A stretch of 64,000 nucleotides of DNA, taken from the IMG/VR virus record IMGVR_UViG_3300047476_001538, positions 11,772-75,771 of that record; one strand, written 5' to 3'. The translations under genes were made by a program, and so were the position numbers. Within the stretch, counting starts at the first letter, position 1, and each line of letters begins with the position of its first letter. The notes beneath the pieces are model-generated. The model searched no databases. It saw only the letters and a program-made list of their open reading frames with translations, and had not been told where the DNA came from. This document shows, piece by piece, positions 62,541 through 64,000 of the stretch. This stretch comes from an uncultured virus (IMG/VR IMGVR_UViG_3300047476_001538) (Duplodnaviria; Heunggongvirae; Uroviricota; Caudoviricetes).

Positions 62541-62545
62541 GTTAA

Positions 62546-63256
62546 TCACCATATTACCTGTGCGTATCCTGGTCCACCAGAGCCGCCGGCGGTTCCGCCT
62601 AGTCCGCCTCCACCGCCACCACCGCTATTGTTGGCGGTGGTACCTTGTTGGTTGCCACCATCTCCCCAAGACCCGCCGCCGCCGCTGATGCCTCCAAGGA
62701 AAGTCCCACCAACTCCATATGCAGTTCCTCCGTTCCTACCACCAGTTCCCCCAGAAGCCCCGGAGAGTCCCATACCATAACTAATTGCTCCGCCACCGAA
62801 AGATTGGGAGGTCAGAATGGGGCCGGATTCAGGTCCAACTGACCGGAAGGAGAAAGGCGTGACGCTGGATATAATAGCATTCATGCCACCACCGATTGAG
62901 CCATCAGTCGGAGAGGGAGTTCCAATTGCGGCACCACCACCAAGGCCGTATACTCCGTTAAACACCGTTCTTCCACCCTCGATTCCGGGAGCATTACCGG
63001 GGGTTACAATCGGCGTGCCGGCACCGCCGGCACCAATTGTAACCGGATAACCAGTACTGGGTGCAATCACCTTGGTCAAAATATTGGTCGCACCACCACC
63101 ACCACCGTTGGATGTCGCACCGCCGCCACCGCCAACAGCATAAAACGTAGCAGCGGTAGCACTCGATGGTGATGTCCATGTACCAGGAGCGGTAAAGGCT
63201 TGGCCGGACATTCCACCGCCGCCACCCATACTAAAAAATTGAGTTAATGTACTCAT
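62546..63256 (-). CDS. Glycine-rich tail-fibre adhesin-like protein
   Basis: FTAPGTWT.P, VGGGGG, VTIGAGG, GGGGG repeats, ends VIW. Confidence 0.7.
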   Translation of the reverse strand: MSTLTQFFSMGGGGGMSGQAFTAPGTWTSPSSATAATFYAVGGGGGATSNGGGGGATNILTKVIAPSTGYPVTIGAGGAGTPIVTPGNAPGIEGGRTVFNGVYGLGGGAAIGTPSPTDGSIGGGMNAIISSVTPFSFRSVGPESGPILTSQSFGGGAISYGMGLSGASGGTGGRNGGTAYGVGGTFLGGISGGGGSWGDGGNQQGTTANNSGGGGGGGLGGTAGGSGGPGYAQVIW

Positions 63257-63281
63257 TATATTAAATCTCTCTATTAAAAAA

Positions 63282-63638
63282 TTAAATTATTCGCCAACCC
63301 AACGTGGCATTAACGTATTCTAATGTTACACTCACATTACCAACATCAATAGTCATGTCTTGAGCCAAACTCATAATCGGTTGCCCATTACGACCAACCA
63401 CTGTATTGACAACAGCACTCGGCACCCCTATTACAACCAAATCACCAACCGCTGGAGTAGCCGGCAAATTGACAGTCTGAGCGGCAGAAGTTACAAAATA
63501 TCTGTTACCAGCAGTTAACGTTGCAGAGCCTCCAGAAACTACATTGTTCCAATTAGCATAGTCAATAATCTTAGAACCATTGCTTGTTGTGGCACCACCC
63601 GTATATGTGATGCCAGTGCTTGTTAATGATACGGTCAT
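63282..63638 (-). CDS. Tail-fibre/baseplate-associated domain protein
   Basis: TVNLPATPAVGD..V.RNG..I..L.Y..GW; late boxes at 63654-63678. Confidence 0.65.
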   Translation of the reverse strand: MTVSLTSTGITYTGGATTSNGSKIIDYANWNNVVSGGSATLTAGNRYFVTSAAQTVNLPATPAVGDLVVIGVPSAVVNTVVGRNGQPIMSLAQDMTIDVGNVSVTLEYVNATLGWRII

Positions 63639-63722
63639 TGAATCGTCTCCATATATTTATTCTATGGTATTATTTATCAAAATTTTAATAAATCAAATAG
63701 TCAATATTTACTGCAAAGTTTA

Positions 63723-64000
63723 TTATTCGGTTGGTGGATCAACCCATTGACCGCCTTGTTGATAAGCCGGTGCAAGAATAACACCTACTCGGTCTTTAGC
63801 GATAACATCAATGTCGGCAAGGTAATTTACCGCATAAACGGTTTCTTCGCCTTGTAAATTCACTTCAGGATTTGCGTTCAGATCACTAGAAAATACCTCT
63901 ACAATAGTATCGGTTTTTGCTGAGTTAGCAATGTTTACTTTTTCTTGGAAAGTAAATCTATTTCTAAACATAAGCGAAGGGATTACCCATACCTCTACGA
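63723..64000 (-). CDS. Tail-fibre accessory-like protein, copy 2 (5' part outside window)
   Basis: Near-identical to 62055-62332. Confidence 0.75.
   Translation of the reverse strand, partial: VEVWVIPSLMFRNRFTFQEKVNIANSAKTDTIVEVFSSDLNANPEVNLQGEETVYAVNYLADIDVIAKDRVGVILAPAYQQGGQWVDPPTE

Noticed and set aside
62529-63050. Pro-rich plus-strand ORFs
   Set aside because: Antisense of Gly codons in the adhesin-like gene
1-64000. Stop-codon reassignment
   Set aside because: Known genes are full length in code 11, all three stops are used at gene ends, and no suppressor tRNA was found
62055-64000. Diversity-generating retroelement (TR/VR pair)
   Set aside because: No reverse transcriptase in the window; differences are mostly synonymous and not adenine-specific

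Overview
This AT-rich, gene-dense 64-kb segment, almost all on the + strand, comes from a T4-related large (probably jumbo) myophage read in standard code 11, likely with a proteobacterial host. It has sigma70-type early promoters and many T4-like late boxes (mostly GATAAATA/GCTAAATA). Contents: an RNA-repair block; replication genes (DsbA-like, PolB, probable clamp, T4-type RNase H); an NDP-sugar cluster next to PolB; auxiliary genes (metK, ahcY, Dps, Bfd, PMM, LpxH-like, GT4, PpiC, RpoZ-like, OprI-like, three 2OG-Fe(II) oxygenases); HNH, GIY-YIG and TnpB nucleases; and the start of a minus-strand tail-fibre module. Four things stand out. (1) A dispersed set of probable virion-injected effectors: about 17 genes share a T4 internal-protein-like N-terminal leader and (I/L/V/F)xE cleavage-like sites and carry shuffled NTase, ART, kinase, GNAT, methyltransferase, zincin and DUF29-like domains, including a ~1960-aa polyprotein. 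(2) A circularly permuted two-piece tmRNA with a 31-aa tag. (3) A tRNA cluster in which all four tRNAs are atypical, including one with an alanine acceptor stem (G3.U70, A73) but a glycine GCC anticodon. (4) A predicted C-methyl branched-sugar pathway with a phage SAM cycle, a candidate DNA or virion glycosylation. All calls come from reading motifs by eye; no searches were run.
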